Positions 24,705 to 34,568 are shown, numbered from the stretch's first letter. The stretch is 58,109 nucleotides of DNA from Gammaproteobacteria bacterium (GCA_028871705.1 JAGWMP010000001.1:1-58109), one strand, 5' to 3'. Made by a program: numbers and translations. The notes: generated by a model from the letters alone, not told the origin.

Positions 24705-25595
24705 TCAGGCCTCGAGCTGGCGCACGTTGTAGTACTGGTAGATCGCGATCGGACCCACCAGCAGCAGCAGGAATGCGATCGAGACCGCGGCCGCCACCGG
24801 CCAGTCGTGGTTGCCGAAGAACTCATCCCACAGCACCCGCCCGATCATGAGATTGTTGGGCCCGCCGAGGAGCGAGGGGATGACGAACTCGCCCACCGCC
24901 GGGATGAACACCAGCATGGAGCCGGCGATCACGCCCGGCACCGAGAGCGGCAGCGTAATGTCGCGGAACGCGCGCCACGGCGTGCTGCCGAGATCGGCGG
25001 CCGCCTCGAGCAGCGTCGGGTCGAGCTTCTCGAGCGTCGCGAACAGCGGCAGCACCATGAACGGCAGGTAGGAGTAGATGATGCCGAGGTAGACGGCGAG
25101 GTTGGTGCGCATGATGCGCAGCGGCTCGTGGATCAGGCCGAGGTGCAGCAGCACCGTGTTGAGCAGGCCGTTGTCGCGGATGATGCCCTCGAGCGCGTAA
25201 ACGCGCAGCAGGAACGAGGTCCAGAACGGCAGCATGATGACCAGCAGCAGCACGCTCTGCGTGGCGCGCGGCGCACGGGCGATCGCGTAGGCCATCGGGT
25301 AGCCGAGCGCCAGACACACGAGCGTCGCGAAGAAGGCGGTGCGCAGCGAGAAGAGGTATGCGACCCCGTACACCTCATCGGTCAGCAGGTAGCGGTAGTT
25401 GGCGAGCGTCGCGGCGATCTTCAGGTGATGATCGGGCGTGAACACCAGCACGTCGGTGAAGGGCGGCACGTGTGCCGCGGCTTCGGCGAAACTGATCTTG
25501 AAGGCGAAGGCGAACGGAACCAGGAAGAACACGAGCAGGAACACGAGCGGCGGCAGGATGATGAGCCAGCGCCTGGGAGTGCCGCCTGTTTTCAT
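24705..25595 (-). CDS. ABC transporter permease (PotH/PotB type)
   Basis: The internal ATG at 25595 gives MKTGGTPRRWLIILPPLVFL... The EAA loop LEAAADLGSTPWRAF is present. It ends 6 nt before the next permease gene. Confidence 0.85.
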   Translation of the reverse strand: MKTGGTPRRWLIILPPLVFLLVFFLVPFAFAFKISFAEAAAHVPPFTDVLVFTPDHHLKIAATLANYRYLLTDEVYGVAYLFSLRTAFFATLVCLALGYPMAYAIARAPRATQSVLLLVIMLPFWTSFLLRVYALEGIIRDNGLLNTVLLHLGLIHEPLRIMRTNLAVYLGIIYSYLPFMVLPLFATLEKLDPTLLEAAADLGSTPWRAFRDITLPLSVPGVIAGSMLVFIPAVGEFVIPSLLGGPNNLMIGRVLWDEFFGNHDWPVAAAVSIAFLLLLVGPIAIYQYYNVRQLEA

Positions 25596-25659
25596 GATGC
25601 GCGCGCTTCGCCTCGGGCCGTGGCGCGCTATTCTGCGGGAAAAGTGCGCGTACCGGTAC

Positions 25660-26328
25660 TCACCGCCCGCGGCGCGCGCGCTGCGCCACGGGTCCGGGGA
25701 ACTGTCCCGGGAAGACCGAGCGCAGATAGGCGAGGGCGCGCGCCACCAGCGCGCGCCGGTCGATGTTCTCCTCGCTCTGGAAGGCGATGCCCTGCCAGAG
25801 CACCTCGAGCACACCGATCAGCCCCAGGGCGACGCCGTCGGCGTCCAGATGCCGGGCGCCGGTCTGCGCGATCAGCGTGCCGACCAGCTCGCGCACCAGG
25901 CGGGCGAAGTCCTCGTCCTTGCCGCCGCAGATGTCGAGGTACTCCTGGCGCGAGCTCGCCTCGCCCCAGAAGGAGTACCACACCGATACCTTGCGCGGAC
26001 TCGCGATCTCGGGGTCGAGATAGAGCTCGACCAGCAGCCCGAGCGCCACCACCGGGGAATGCTTGAGCGCAGTCACCGGCTTGAGTACCCGCTCGCCGAA
26101 CTCGGAGGCGAGATATTCGAGCGCCGCGACCAGCAGCGCGGCCTTGGAGTTGAAGTAGAAGCGCACGATGCCGGGGGAGAGCCCGGCGATCGCGACCACC
26201 CGGCTTACCGTGGTGCGCGAGGGGCCGTAGATATGCAGCGCCGAGATGCATGCCTCGATCAGGCGCTGCCGGGCGCGCGTGCGCCGCGCATCGTCCGCGG
26301 CGGCGGCGCTCGGGGCCGCTGCCGCCAT
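25660..26328 (-). CDS. TetR-family transcriptional regulator
   Basis: ATG at 26328 is in frame with track ORF 25660..26952. HTH segment TTVSRVVAIAGLSPGIVRFYFNSKAAL. It starts 23 nt downstream of the Rieske gene stop. Confidence 0.8.
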   Translation of the reverse strand: MAAAAPSAAAADDARRTRARQRLIEACISALHIYGPSRTTVSRVVAIAGLSPGIVRFYFNSKAALLVAALEYLASEFGERVLKPVTALKHSPVVALGLLVELYLDPEIASPRKVSVWYSFWGEASSRQEYLDICGGKDEDFARLVRELVGTLIAQTGARHLDADGVALGLIGVLEVLWQGIAFQSEENIDRRALVARALAYLRSVFPGQFPGPVAQRARRGR

Positions 26329-26351
26329 GCGGGCCGCGGTGCGCGCCTGGC

Positions 26352-27521
26352 TCAAGCGAAGCGCACCGGCGCGCTGGGCAGGCGCACCTCGGGGATGCGC
26401 GCGCGCAGCAGGTTGTGAAATTCGAGCATCCAGGTCTCGATCGTCGAGAGCGGCCCCGGCCGGTAGGCGCTGTCGGCGATGCCGCGCTGCAGCCGCTCGC
26501 ACAGCTCGCGGTCCTCGTTGTTCACCTGCATGTTGATGCGGTTGCCGAGCCAGCGCACCAGGCGCATCTCGCGCCGGTCGTCGGCAAGTCCGAAGGAGGC
26601 GCTCCTGATCAGCGCCTTGCCGGGGCCGCGCGGCAGCACCTGGAAGAAATCCATCTGCTCCGGAAAGATGTCGATGCCATGGTTCGGCAGGTAGCTGTAG
26701 AAGCGCCAGCTGCGCCGCTCGCCCTCCGGCAGGTGCGGCGCGGTCACCGCACTCACGTGCTTCTGATAGACGCGCTCGCTCCAGTGCGGCGAGGGTGCCG
26801 CGCGCATCCAGCTGATGCCGCGGCCGATGCCGGGCGCGCCGCGCTGATCCTCGTAGTCCGGGGTGAACATGCGATTCAGGCCCGGGTGGCCGATCGGCAC
26901 GTGGTAGGACTCGAGGTAGTTGTCCATCGCGATCTTCCAGTCGACCTCCCACTCCTCGCGGAACAGCGGCTGGATCGGCACCAGCTCATCGAGCCGGTAG
27001 GGCGCGAGCTCCTCCATGAACGGCGCCCAGGCCACCGAGGGCGGCGGCGGCGGCTCCGCGCCGAGGCATACCCACACGAACCCGAGCGCCGTCTCGTGCG
27101 GCACGGTGCCGAGGCTGTGCACGCGCAGATCGAGGTCCGGGAAGCTATCGCGTGCCGGCGTCGCGAGCAGCGAGCCGTCGTAGCGATAGGTCCAGCCGTG
27201 ATATGGGCAGGTGATGCGGCCGGTGCAATGCCCGCTCCCCTCGAGGAGCCGCGTGCCGCGGTGGCGGCAGGTGTTGCGCAGCGCGCGGATCGCGCCGTTC
27301 GCATCCCGCAGCACGATGACGCTGTCCCCGGCGAGCTCGTAAGTGACGAAGTCCCCGGCGCGCGGAAGCTGGCTCACGTGGCAGGCGATCTGCCAGCTCG
27401 GCTTGAGGATCCGTTCGAGCTCGAGCCGGGTCATCTCGGGGTGGTTGTACACCCAGGCCGGCAGCGAATGCGGCGGCGTGGCCGGAGGGGCTTCGACGGT
27501 GCGGGCGGTAGCAGGGCTCAT
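26352..27521 (-). CDS. Rieske [2Fe-2S] non-haem-iron oxygenase alpha subunit, GbcA/CntA/choline-monooxygenase-like
   Basis: Rieske motif CRHRGTRL..(17)..CPYHGWTY. Mononuclear iron motif DNYLESYHVPIGHP. Domain order matches GbcA as recalled. Confidence 0.85.
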   Translation of the reverse strand: MSPATARTVEAPPATPPHSLPAWVYNHPEMTRLELERILKPSWQIACHVSQLPRAGDFVTYELAGDSVIVLRDANGAIRALRNTCRHRGTRLLEGSGHCTGRITCPYHGWTYRYDGSLLATPARDSFPDLDLRVHSLGTVPHETALGFVWVCLGAEPPPPPSVAWAPFMEELAPYRLDELVPIQPLFREEWEVDWKIAMDNYLESYHVPIGHPGLNRMFTPDYEDQRGAPGIGRGISWMRAAPSPHWSERVYQKHVSAVTAPHLPEGERRSWRFYSYLPNHGIDIFPEQMDFFQVLPRGPGKALIRSASFGLADDRREMRLVRWLGNRINMQVNNEDRELCERLQRGIADSAYRPGPLSTIETWMLEFHNLLRARIPEVRLPSAPVRFA

Positions 27522-27571
27522 GGCGGCGGTCCCGGGCTGATTTATACGCTTGTTTAATTTTAGCCTAAAAA

Positions 27572-27589
27572 ACTATATGATCATATAGT
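27572..27589. promoter_or_regulatory. Perfect 18-bp palindrome, candidate operator in a divergent promoter region
   Basis: ACTATATGA|TCATATAGT sits in the AT-rich 110-bp spacer between the Rieske start (27521, -) and the aminotransferase start (27632/27647, +). It overlaps -10-like hexamers (TATATG, TATAGT). Confidence 0.5.
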
Positions 27590-27646
27590 CAGTTACCGCA
27601 GCGGCCGGTCGCCTGTCCCGGCCTCTTCACTATGGGAGCGAGTGCC

Positions 27647-28975
27647 ATGGCGAGAACCATGACGAAGAACCAGGAGCATTTCCGGCGAGCGCTGACCAGG
27701 CTGCCGCTCGGCGTGGCGTCGAATTTCCGCTACTGGGGCGAGGACCGCACCATCTACGTGAAGGAAGGGCGCGGAGCGCGCATTACCGACCTCGACGGCA
27801 ACGTCTACGTCGACTACCGCATGGGCTACGGGCCCTCGATCCTGGGATACGCCGATGAGCGCGTGGACGCCGCGGCCCGCGAGGGCATGAAGGTCGGCGG
27901 CGTGTTCGCACTCTCCACCGAAGGCGAGTACGAGGTCGCGACGCGCATCTCGAACATGGTGCCCGCCGCGCAGCTCGTACGCTTCTCCAACTCCGGTACC
28001 GAGGCGGTGATGGCGGCGCTGCGCCTGGCGCGCGCATTCACGAAGCGCGACGACTACGTGATCCTCGAGGGCAGCTACCACGGCCTCTTCGATGCCGCCA
28101 TGTGGTACACGCCCATGGACAAGTGGCAGCAGGTGGGCGACCCCGAGGTGCACCCCTACAGCGAGGGCGTGCCGCTCGCGACGCGCCATTTCGCCCACTT
28201 CGTGCAGGCGAACGATGCCAACCAGCTCGAGGACGTCCTCAAGCGCCACGGCGACCGCATCGCCTGTCTGCTGGTCGAGCCGATCATGGGCAATTGCCTG
28301 GGCATCGCCGCCGAGCCCGAGTACGTGCGTGCGGCGCGGGCGCTCTGCGACCGCTATGGCGTGGTGATGATCATCGACGAGGTGAAGACCGGCTTTCGCG
28401 TGGCACGCGGCGGCGTGCAGGAGCTCTACGGCGTGCGCGCCGACCTCTGTACCTTCGCCAAGGCGGTCGCCAACGGCTATCCGATCTCGGTGCTCGCCGG
28501 GCGCGAGGACATCATGCGCAAGCTCGGCAAGGGCGTGGCCCACGGCGGCACTTACACCGCGCACCCGGTGTCGCTGGCGGCGGCGGCCAAGACCCTCGAG
28601 ATCCTGGCCGAGACCGACGCGCTCGCCTCGCTCGCCGCCTACGGTACGCGCCTCAGGAGTGGCATGAGCCAGATCCTCAAAGCCCGCGGCATCGCCCACA
28701 GCTTCGTCGGCCACCCCTCCATGAGCGGCCTGTACTTCGCCCACGATCCGCCGCGCACCTACCGCGACTGGAAGGGGAGCGATTACACCTTCTACGACGC
28801 CACCGCGAAGGTGCTGCACGATGAGTGCATCCTGTGCGAGCCGGATTCGCGCGAGCCGTGGTTCGTGTCCGCGGCCCACGACGAGTCGTGCCTCAAGGAC
28901 ACGCTCGGCGCCTTCGAGATCGCCATCGACCGCACCCTGAGCTCCCTCGGCACGACCCGCCGGGTTCCGGCCTGA
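27647..28975 (+). CDS. Class-III PLP aminotransferase, glutamate-1-semialdehyde aminomutase-like
   Basis: YVDYRMGYGPSILGY, RFSNSGTEAVMAALRLAR, IIDEVKTGFR (PLP Lys) and GGTYTAHP. GGGAG lies 8 nt upstream of the ATG at 27647. An alternative start is at 27632. Confidence 0.85.
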   Translation: MARTMTKNQEHFRRALTRLPLGVASNFRYWGEDRTIYVKEGRGARITDLDGNVYVDYRMGYGPSILGYADERVDAAAREGMKVGGVFALSTEGEYEVATRISNMVPAAQLVRFSNSGTEAVMAALRLARAFTKRDDYVILEGSYHGLFDAAMWYTPMDKWQQVGDPEVHPYSEGVPLATRHFAHFVQANDANQLEDVLKRHGDRIACLLVEPIMGNCLGIAAEPEYVRAARALCDRYGVVMIIDEVKTGFRVARGGVQELYGVRADLCTFAKAVANGYPISVLAGREDIMRKLGKGVAHGGTYTAHPVSLAAAAKTLEILAETDALASLAAYGTRLRSGMSQILKARGIAHSFVGHPSMSGLYFAHDPPRTYRDWKGSDYTFYDATAKVLHDECILCEPDSREPWFVSAAHDESCLKDTLGAFEIAIDRTLSSLGTTRRVPA

Positions 28976-28985
28976 CGAGCGCACC

Positions 28986-30578
28986 GTGCGCAGCCGGCAC
29001 GACGTCATCGTGGTGGGCGCCGGGCACAACGGCCTGGTGACCGCCTGCTACCTGGCGCGCGCGGGCCTCGACGTGCTGGTGCTCGAGCGCAACGCCTACG
29101 TCGGCGGCGCGGCGGTGAGCCGCAGTCTCTATGACGGCTTTACCTACTCGAACTGCTCGTACGTCTGCAGTCTGCTGCGCACCGAGATCATCCGCACGCT
29201 CGAGCTGCCGCGCTTCGGCCTGCAGATCATTCCCTACGAGGGCGGCTGCACGCTGATGCGCGGCGGCGGTCATCTGGCGCTCTACGACAACCACGACGCG
29301 CTGCGGCGCGAGTTCGCGCGCCACTCGCGCCGCGATGCGGAAAGCTATGACCGCTTCGTGCGCGACATGCTGCGCCATTGCCGCTTCATCAAGCCGCTGC
29401 TGCTGCGCACGCCGCCAGATCCCACCTCGTTGCGCACGCGCGACCTGCGCGAGCTCATGTGGCTCGGCGGACACTTCAACCGCCTGGGCGAGGAGCGCCT
29501 CTACGACACGCTGCGCTTCTTCACCATGAGCTGCGCCGACATGCTCGAGGAATACTTCGAGAGCGAGATCGTCAAGGCGCACCTCGCCGGCAGCTCCATC
29601 ATCGGCACGGCGCTCGGGCCGCGTTCGCCGGGCAGCGCCTACGTGCTGCTGCACCACTACATGGGCAGCATCGACGGCGCAGTCGGCGCCTGGGGCTTCG
29701 CCCGCGGCGGCATGGGCGCGATCACGCGCGCGCTCGCCGCATCGCTCGAGGCGAGCGGCGGCGCGGTGCGCGCCGACGCGCCGGTGGAGCGGATCCTCGC
29801 GCGCAACGGCCGCGCCACCGGGGTGGTGCTCGCGGGCGGCGAGGAGATTCGCGCTGCGGTCGTGGTGTCCAACCTCGACGTGAAGCGCACTTTTCTCGAG
29901 AGCATCGAGGCGAAGGAGCTGCCGGGGGAGTTCCTCGAGCAGGTGCGCAACTTCAAGATCCGCGGCTCCTCCGGCAAGCTCAACATCGCGCTCGACGGGC
30001 TGCCGCTCTTTCCGGCGATCCCGCAGGACTCGCCCGCGACGCGCGGCGACATGCACGTGACCGACACGCTCGACATGCTCGAGCGCGGCTACGACGACTG
30101 GAAGGAAGGGCGCTGGTCGCGTTCGCCGTACGTCGACATGCTGATCCCTTCGCAGATCGATCCCACCATGGCGCCCGACGGCAAGCATTACATGTCGGTG
30201 TTCGTGCAGTACTGCCCGTACCGCCTCGCGGACGGCGCATGGACGGCAGAGAAGCGCCAGGCCTTCGGCAACACCGTGATCGATGCGATTGCGCGCCACA
30301 GCCCGAACTTCCGCGATCTGATCCTGCACGCGGAGATCCGCACCCCGCAGGACATCGAGAACGAGGTGGGACTCACGGAGGGCAATATCTTCCAGGGCGA
30401 GCTGACCTTCGATCAACTGCTGTTCAACCGTCCCATTCCCGGCTATGCGCAGTACCGCGCGCCGCTCGCCGGGCTGTACCTGTGTGGCGCCAGTACCCAT
30501 CCGGGCGGCGGCGTCATGGGCGCGCCCGGCGCCAACGCCGCGCGCGAGATCCTGCGCGACCTCGGGAGGGACTTGTGA
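28986..30578 (+). CDS. NAD(P)/FAD-dependent oxidoreductase, CrtI/PYROXD2-like, paralog 2
   Basis: GTG start. HDVIVVGAGHNGL. C-terminal GLYLCGASTHPGGGVMG. 530 aa, the same length as paralog 1. Confidence 0.8.
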   Translation: MRSRHDVIVVGAGHNGLVTACYLARAGLDVLVLERNAYVGGAAVSRSLYDGFTYSNCSYVCSLLRTEIIRTLELPRFGLQIIPYEGGCTLMRGGGHLALYDNHDALRREFARHSRRDAESYDRFVRDMLRHCRFIKPLLLRTPPDPTSLRTRDLRELMWLGGHFNRLGEERLYDTLRFFTMSCADMLEEYFESEIVKAHLAGSSIIGTALGPRSPGSAYVLLHHYMGSIDGAVGAWGFARGGMGAITRALAASLEASGGAVRADAPVERILARNGRATGVVLAGGEEIRAAVVVSNLDVKRTFLESIEAKELPGEFLEQVRNFKIRGSSGKLNIALDGLPLFPAIPQDSPATRGDMHVTDTLDMLERGYDDWKEGRWSRSPYVDMLIPSQIDPTMAPDGKHYMSVFVQYCPYRLADGAWTAEKRQAFGNTVIDAIARHSPNFRDLILHAEIRTPQDIENEVGLTEGNIFQGELTFDQLLFNRPIPGYAQYRAPLAGLYLCGASTHPGGGVMGAPGANAAREILRDLGRDL

Positions 30579-32158
30579 GTGCGGCGCGGCCGGCGCGCGG
30601 CGCGCGCTACGACTGCATCGTCGTCGGCGGCGGCCACAACGGACTCACCTGCGCGGCTTATCTCGCCCGCGCCGGCCGGTCGGTGCTGGTGCTCGAGGCG
30701 GCGGACCGGGTGGGCGGCGCGGCGGTGACGCGCGAGTTCGCGCCGGGCTTTCGCGTCTCGGCCTGCGCCCACCTGCTGCATCTGATGCCCGGCAAGCTCA
30801 TCGCCGAGCTGAACCTGAGCGCGCACGGACTGAAGCTCGCCGCCGCGCAGCTGCCGACCACCGCGTTGTCGGCCGACGATGCGCACCTGCCGCTCGGTCC
30901 CGAGGGCGCGGCGGTACTCGCCGCGCAGTCCGCGCACGATGCGGCCGCGTACCCCGCCTATGGCGCGCGCCTCGCGCGGCTTGCGGCACGGTTGCGTCCC
31001 ATCCTCGGCGCGACGCCGCCGCGGCTCGGCACGGCGGGCTGGCGCGACCGGGCGGCGCTGCTCGGGCTCGGCCTGCGGCTGCGCGCGCTCGGCCGCCGCG
31101 ACATGCGGGAGCTCCTGCGCATCGGCCCGATGTGCGTGCAGGATCTGCTCGATGAGCACTTCGAGTCCCCGCTCCTCAAGGGGGCGCTCGGCTTCGATGC
31201 GGTGCTCGGCACCAACTACGGACCGCGCTCGCCGGGCACGGTCTTCACGCTGCTCTATCGGCTGGCGGCGGCAGGGGAGGAGGGCGGCGGCCTCGCGCAA
31301 CCGCTCGGCGGGCTCGGCGCGCTCTCCGAGGCGCTCGCCGGTGCGGCGCGCGCGGCGGGCGCGCAGGTGCGCACCGGCGCGGTGGTGAAGCGCATCCTGG
31401 TGCGCGACGACCGCGCGGCCGGCGTCGTGCTCGCGAGCGGCGAGGAGCTCGCAGCGGGCGCCGTGGTCTCGAGCGCCGACCCGAAGACCACCTTCCTCGG
31501 CCTCCTCGGAGCTGAGCATCTCGATGCGGGCTTCGTGCGCCGCATCGTGCACCTGCGCGCGCGCGGACTCGCGGCGAAGCTGCACCTGGCGCTGGACGCG
31601 GCGCCGCGGTTCGCAGGACTCGATCCCGCCGCGCTCAGGGGCCGGCTGCTGTGGGCGCCGTCGCCCGAGCACATCGAGCGCGCCTTCAATCACGCCAAGT
31701 ACGGCGAATTCTCCGCGAGCCCGATACTCGAGATCACCGTGCCGACGGTGTCCGACCCGGCGCTCGCGCCCGCGGGCGCCCACGTGCTCTCGGTGGTCGC
31801 TCAATACGCGCCTTTCGCGCTCGCGGGAGGCTGGGCCGAGGGCCGCCGGCGCTTCACGGAGCTCCTCATCGACACGCTCACGGCGCTCGCGCCCGGGCTG
31901 CGGGCGCAGGTGCGGCACGCCGAGCTGCTGAGTCCCGAGGACCTCGAGCGCGAGTTCCGCATCACGGGCGGGCACTGGCATCACGCCGAGCTCGCACTGG
32001 ATCAGTTCTTCATGCTGCGCCCGGTGCCGGGCGTTGCGCAGTACCGCGCGCCGGTCGGCGGGCTGTATCTGTGCGGCGCGGGCTGCCACCCGGGCGGCGG
32101 CGTCATGGGGCTCGCCGGGCGCAACGCCGCGCGCGAGGTCGTGAGAGAGGCGGCGTAA
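30575..32158 (+). CDS. NAD(P)/FAD-dependent oxidoreductase, CrtI/PYROXD2-like, paralog 3
   Basis: GTG at 30575 overlaps the upstream TGA (GTGA). YDCIVVGGGHNGL. C-terminal GLYLCGAGCHPGGGVMG. The remaining N-terminal part of track ORF 29378..32158 is a shadow frame. Confidence 0.8.
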   Translation: MSAARPARGARYDCIVVGGGHNGLTCAAYLARAGRSVLVLEAADRVGGAAVTREFAPGFRVSACAHLLHLMPGKLIAELNLSAHGLKLAAAQLPTTALSADDAHLPLGPEGAAVLAAQSAHDAAAYPAYGARLARLAARLRPILGATPPRLGTAGWRDRAALLGLGLRLRALGRRDMRELLRIGPMCVQDLLDEHFESPLLKGALGFDAVLGTNYGPRSPGTVFTLLYRLAAAGEEGGGLAQPLGGLGALSEALAGAARAAGAQVRTGAVVKRILVRDDRAAGVVLASGEELAAGAVVSSADPKTTFLGLLGAEHLDAGFVRRIVHLRARGLAAKLHLALDAAPRFAGLDPAALRGRLLWAPSPEHIERAFNHAKYGEFSASPILEITVPTVSDPALAPAGAHVLSVVAQYAPFALAGGWAEGRRRFTELLIDTLTALAPGLRAQVRHAELLSPEDLEREFRITGGHWHHAELALDQFFMLRPVPGVAQYRAPVGGLYLCGAGCHPGGGVMGLAGRNAAREVVREAA

Positions 32159-32160
32159 GC

Positions 32161-33372
32161 ATGGCGACGACCAGCGAACCGCACTATCGCCGGCCGCTGC
32201 TGCCGACGCCGTTCCACGCGCGCGCCCGTGCCCTCGCGCAGTCGGACGCCTTCATCCCCTGGGCGGGCTATACCACGGTCGACGTGTTCACGACCGCGGA
32301 GCAGGAATACTTCGCGATCCGCAACGCCGCCTCGGTCTACGACCTGACGCCGATGGTCAAGTACCGCATCGCCGGCGCCGATGCGCTGCGCTTCCTCAAC
32401 CGCCTGCTGACGCGCGACATCGGCAAGCTGCGCCCCGGGCGCGTGGCCTACGGCGTGTGGTGCAACGACGCCGGTCACCTGATCGACGACGGCACGGTCT
32501 TCTGCCTCGGCGCGGGCGAATATCGCCTCTGCACCGCCGAGCGGCAGCTCGACTGGCTGCTCGACTCGGCGATCGGCTTCGACGTTGCGATCAGCGAGGT
32601 CACCGAGGAAGTCGCGGCGCTCGCGCTCCAGGGTCCGACCTCCTACTCCGTACTGCGCAAGGCCGGAGTCGCCGGCGTCGAACGTCTCAAGCCCTTCGAG
32701 CTCGGCAACTTTACGGTGCCGGCGGCCGGCGATGCGCCGCTCATGGTGTCGCGTACCGGCTTCACCGGGGACCTGGGGTACGAGCTGTGGATGCAACCTA
32801 AGGACGCCGCGGCGGTGTGGGACGTCCTCATGGAGGCCGGCCGCACCCGTGGCATCCGCGCGATCGGCTCGCGCGCTCTCAACATCGCGCGCATCGAGGC
32901 GGGGTTCGTGCTGCCGAACGTGGACTTCATTCCGAGCGAGCGGACTGTGTTCATCGGCACCGAGCGCTCGCCGCTCGAACTCGGCCTCGCCTGGCTGGTC
33001 GACTTCGGCAAGGGACACTTCACCGGGCGGCGGGCGCTGCTCGAGGAACAGCGCCGCGGCAGCCGCCGGCGCCTCGTCGGCCTCGACATCGAGGGCACCA
33101 AGCCCGCCCACAACGCGCTGCTCTATAGCGATCGCGCGCTGCGCCGCCAGGCCGGCAGCGTGACGTCCGCGGCGTGGTCGCCCACCACCAAGCGTAACCT
33201 CGCGCTCGCCATGGTGGATGCACCGCACTTCTCGACCGGGAGTACGCTGTGGGCCGAGATCTATCTGAATCGCGAGCTGGTGTGGGAGCGGCGCGTGGTG
33301 CGTGCGCGGGTCGTCGAGCGGCCGTTCTTCGCCCCCGAGCGCCGCCGCGTTACGCCACCCGCCGAGTTCTGA
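32161..33372 (+). CDS. Aminomethyltransferase-fold (GcvT-like, folate-binding) protein
   Basis: ATG falls 2 nt after the upstream TAA. EYFAIRNAASVYDLTPMVKYRIAG.DA..FLN, ALQGP and SRTGFTGDLGYELW are GcvT-family signatures. Confidence 0.75.
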   Translation: MATTSEPHYRRPLLPTPFHARARALAQSDAFIPWAGYTTVDVFTTAEQEYFAIRNAASVYDLTPMVKYRIAGADALRFLNRLLTRDIGKLRPGRVAYGVWCNDAGHLIDDGTVFCLGAGEYRLCTAERQLDWLLDSAIGFDVAISEVTEEVAALALQGPTSYSVLRKAGVAGVERLKPFELGNFTVPAAGDAPLMVSRTGFTGDLGYELWMQPKDAAAVWDVLMEAGRTRGIRAIGSRALNIARIEAGFVLPNVDFIPSERTVFIGTERSPLELGLAWLVDFGKGHFTGRRALLEEQRRGSRRRLVGLDIEGTKPAHNALLYSDRALRRQAGSVTSAAWSPTTKRNLALAMVDAPHFSTGSTLWAEIYLNRELVWERRVVRARVVERPFFAPERRRVTPPAEF

Positions 33373-33388
33373 GCGAAGGAGCCGCGCC

Positions 33389-34534
33389 GTGATCGCGACC
33401 CAGCAGAAGCAGAATGCCGACCGCCCCTGGCTCGATCCCGCCGCCACGCCGCAGATCGTCATCGACGGCGTCAGCAAGGCCTACGCCGGCTTCACCGCCG
33501 TCGATGCGGTGAGCCTCAGCATCTACAAGGGCGAGATGTTCGCCCTCGTCGGCGCCTCCGGCTGCGGCAAGACGACGCTGCTGCGGATGCTGGCGGGGTT
33601 CGTCGAGCCGACCGGCGGCCGCATCCTCATCGACGGCGTGCCGATGAGCGGCGTGCCGCCGCACGAGCGGCCGGTGAACATGATGTTCCAGTCCTACGCG
33701 CTGTTCCCGCACATGACGGTCGAGCGCAACGTCGGCTACGGCATCAGCCGCATGAAGATGGACGCCGCGACACGCAAGAGCCGCATTCTCGAGGCGCTCG
33801 AGATGGTGCAGCTTACGCACGTCGCCGCGCGCAAACCGCATCAGTTGTCCGGCGGGCAGCGCCAGCGCGTGGCGCTGGCGCGGGCACTGATCCGCCGGCC
33901 CAAGGTGCTGCTGCTCGATGAGCCGCTGTCGGCGCTCGACAAGAAGCTGCGCGAGCAGACGCAGTTCGAGCTGATGGACCTGCAGTACAAGGTTGGGATC
34001 ACCTTCATCGTCGTGACCCACGATCAGGACGAGGCCATGGCGCTCGCTAGCCGCATCGCCGTGATGGACCACGGCAAGGTGGTGCAGGTGGGCACTCCGT
34101 CCGAGATCTACGAATTTCCGGCGAGCCGCTTCGTCGCCGACTTCGTCGGCACCACCAACCTCTTCGAAGGGACGGTGACGCGCTGCGAGCCGGGTTTGAT
34201 CACCGTGCATTGCCCCGAGACCGGCGGCGAGCTGCTGGTGGACGAGGACGGGCGTTTCGCGCCCGGACAGCGCGTCTGGGTGGCGCTGCGGCCGGAGAAG
34301 ATCCGCCTCGGCAAGGAGCCCCCGAGCGGCGCGCGCGTCAACCAGCTGCGCGGCATGGTGTGGGAGCTCGGCTATCTCGGCAACCGCTCCACCTATCACA
34401 TCAAGACCACCAGCGGCAAAGTGGTGATGGCGTTCTCGCAGAACGAGCGGCGTACGTCGGAGTGGGCGATCGACTGGAGCGACGAGGTATACGTGAGCTG
34501 GGATGCGGACGCCGCGGTGCTGCTGCAATCCTAG
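33389..34534 (+). CDS. ABC transporter ATPase, PotA/PotG type
   Basis: GTG at 33389 follows AAGGAG. Walker [10 protein letters not shown], signature LSGGQRQR and Walker B LLLDEP, plus a C-terminal TOBE-like domain. Confidence 0.9.
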   Translation: MIATQQKQNADRPWLDPAATPQIVIDGVSKAYAGFTAVDAVSLSIYKGEMFALVGASGCGKTTLLRMLAGFVEPTGGRILIDGVPMSGVPPHERPVNMMFQSYALFPHMTVERNVGYGISRMKMDAATRKSRILEALEMVQLTHVAARKPHQLSGGQRQRVALARALIRRPKVLLLDEPLSALDKKLREQTQFELMDLQYKVGITFIVVTHDQDEAMALASRIAVMDHGKVVQVGTPSEIYEFPASRFVADFVGTTNLFEGTVTRCEPGLITVHCPETGGELLVDEDGRFAPGQRVWVALRPEKIRLGKEPPSGARVNQLRGMVWELGYLGNRSTYHIKTTSGKVVMAFSQNERRTSEWAIDWSDEVYVSWDADAAVLLQS

Positions 34535-34568
34535 GGTTTGCAAAAACGAAGACAGGGGAGAGTGGCCT

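Noticed and set aside
25650-25659. GTACCGGTAC palindrome between the tetR stop and the permease start
   Set aside because: It is only 10 bp with no loop, could arise by chance, and has no second copy or context to suggest function.
29378-30574. N-terminal 399 aa of the 926-aa track ORF 29378..32158
   Set aside because: This part overlaps the well-supported flavoprotein gene 28986..30578 in another frame and is Arg/Ala-rich. The real gene starts at the GTG at 30575, where the GHNGL dinucleotide-binding motif begins.
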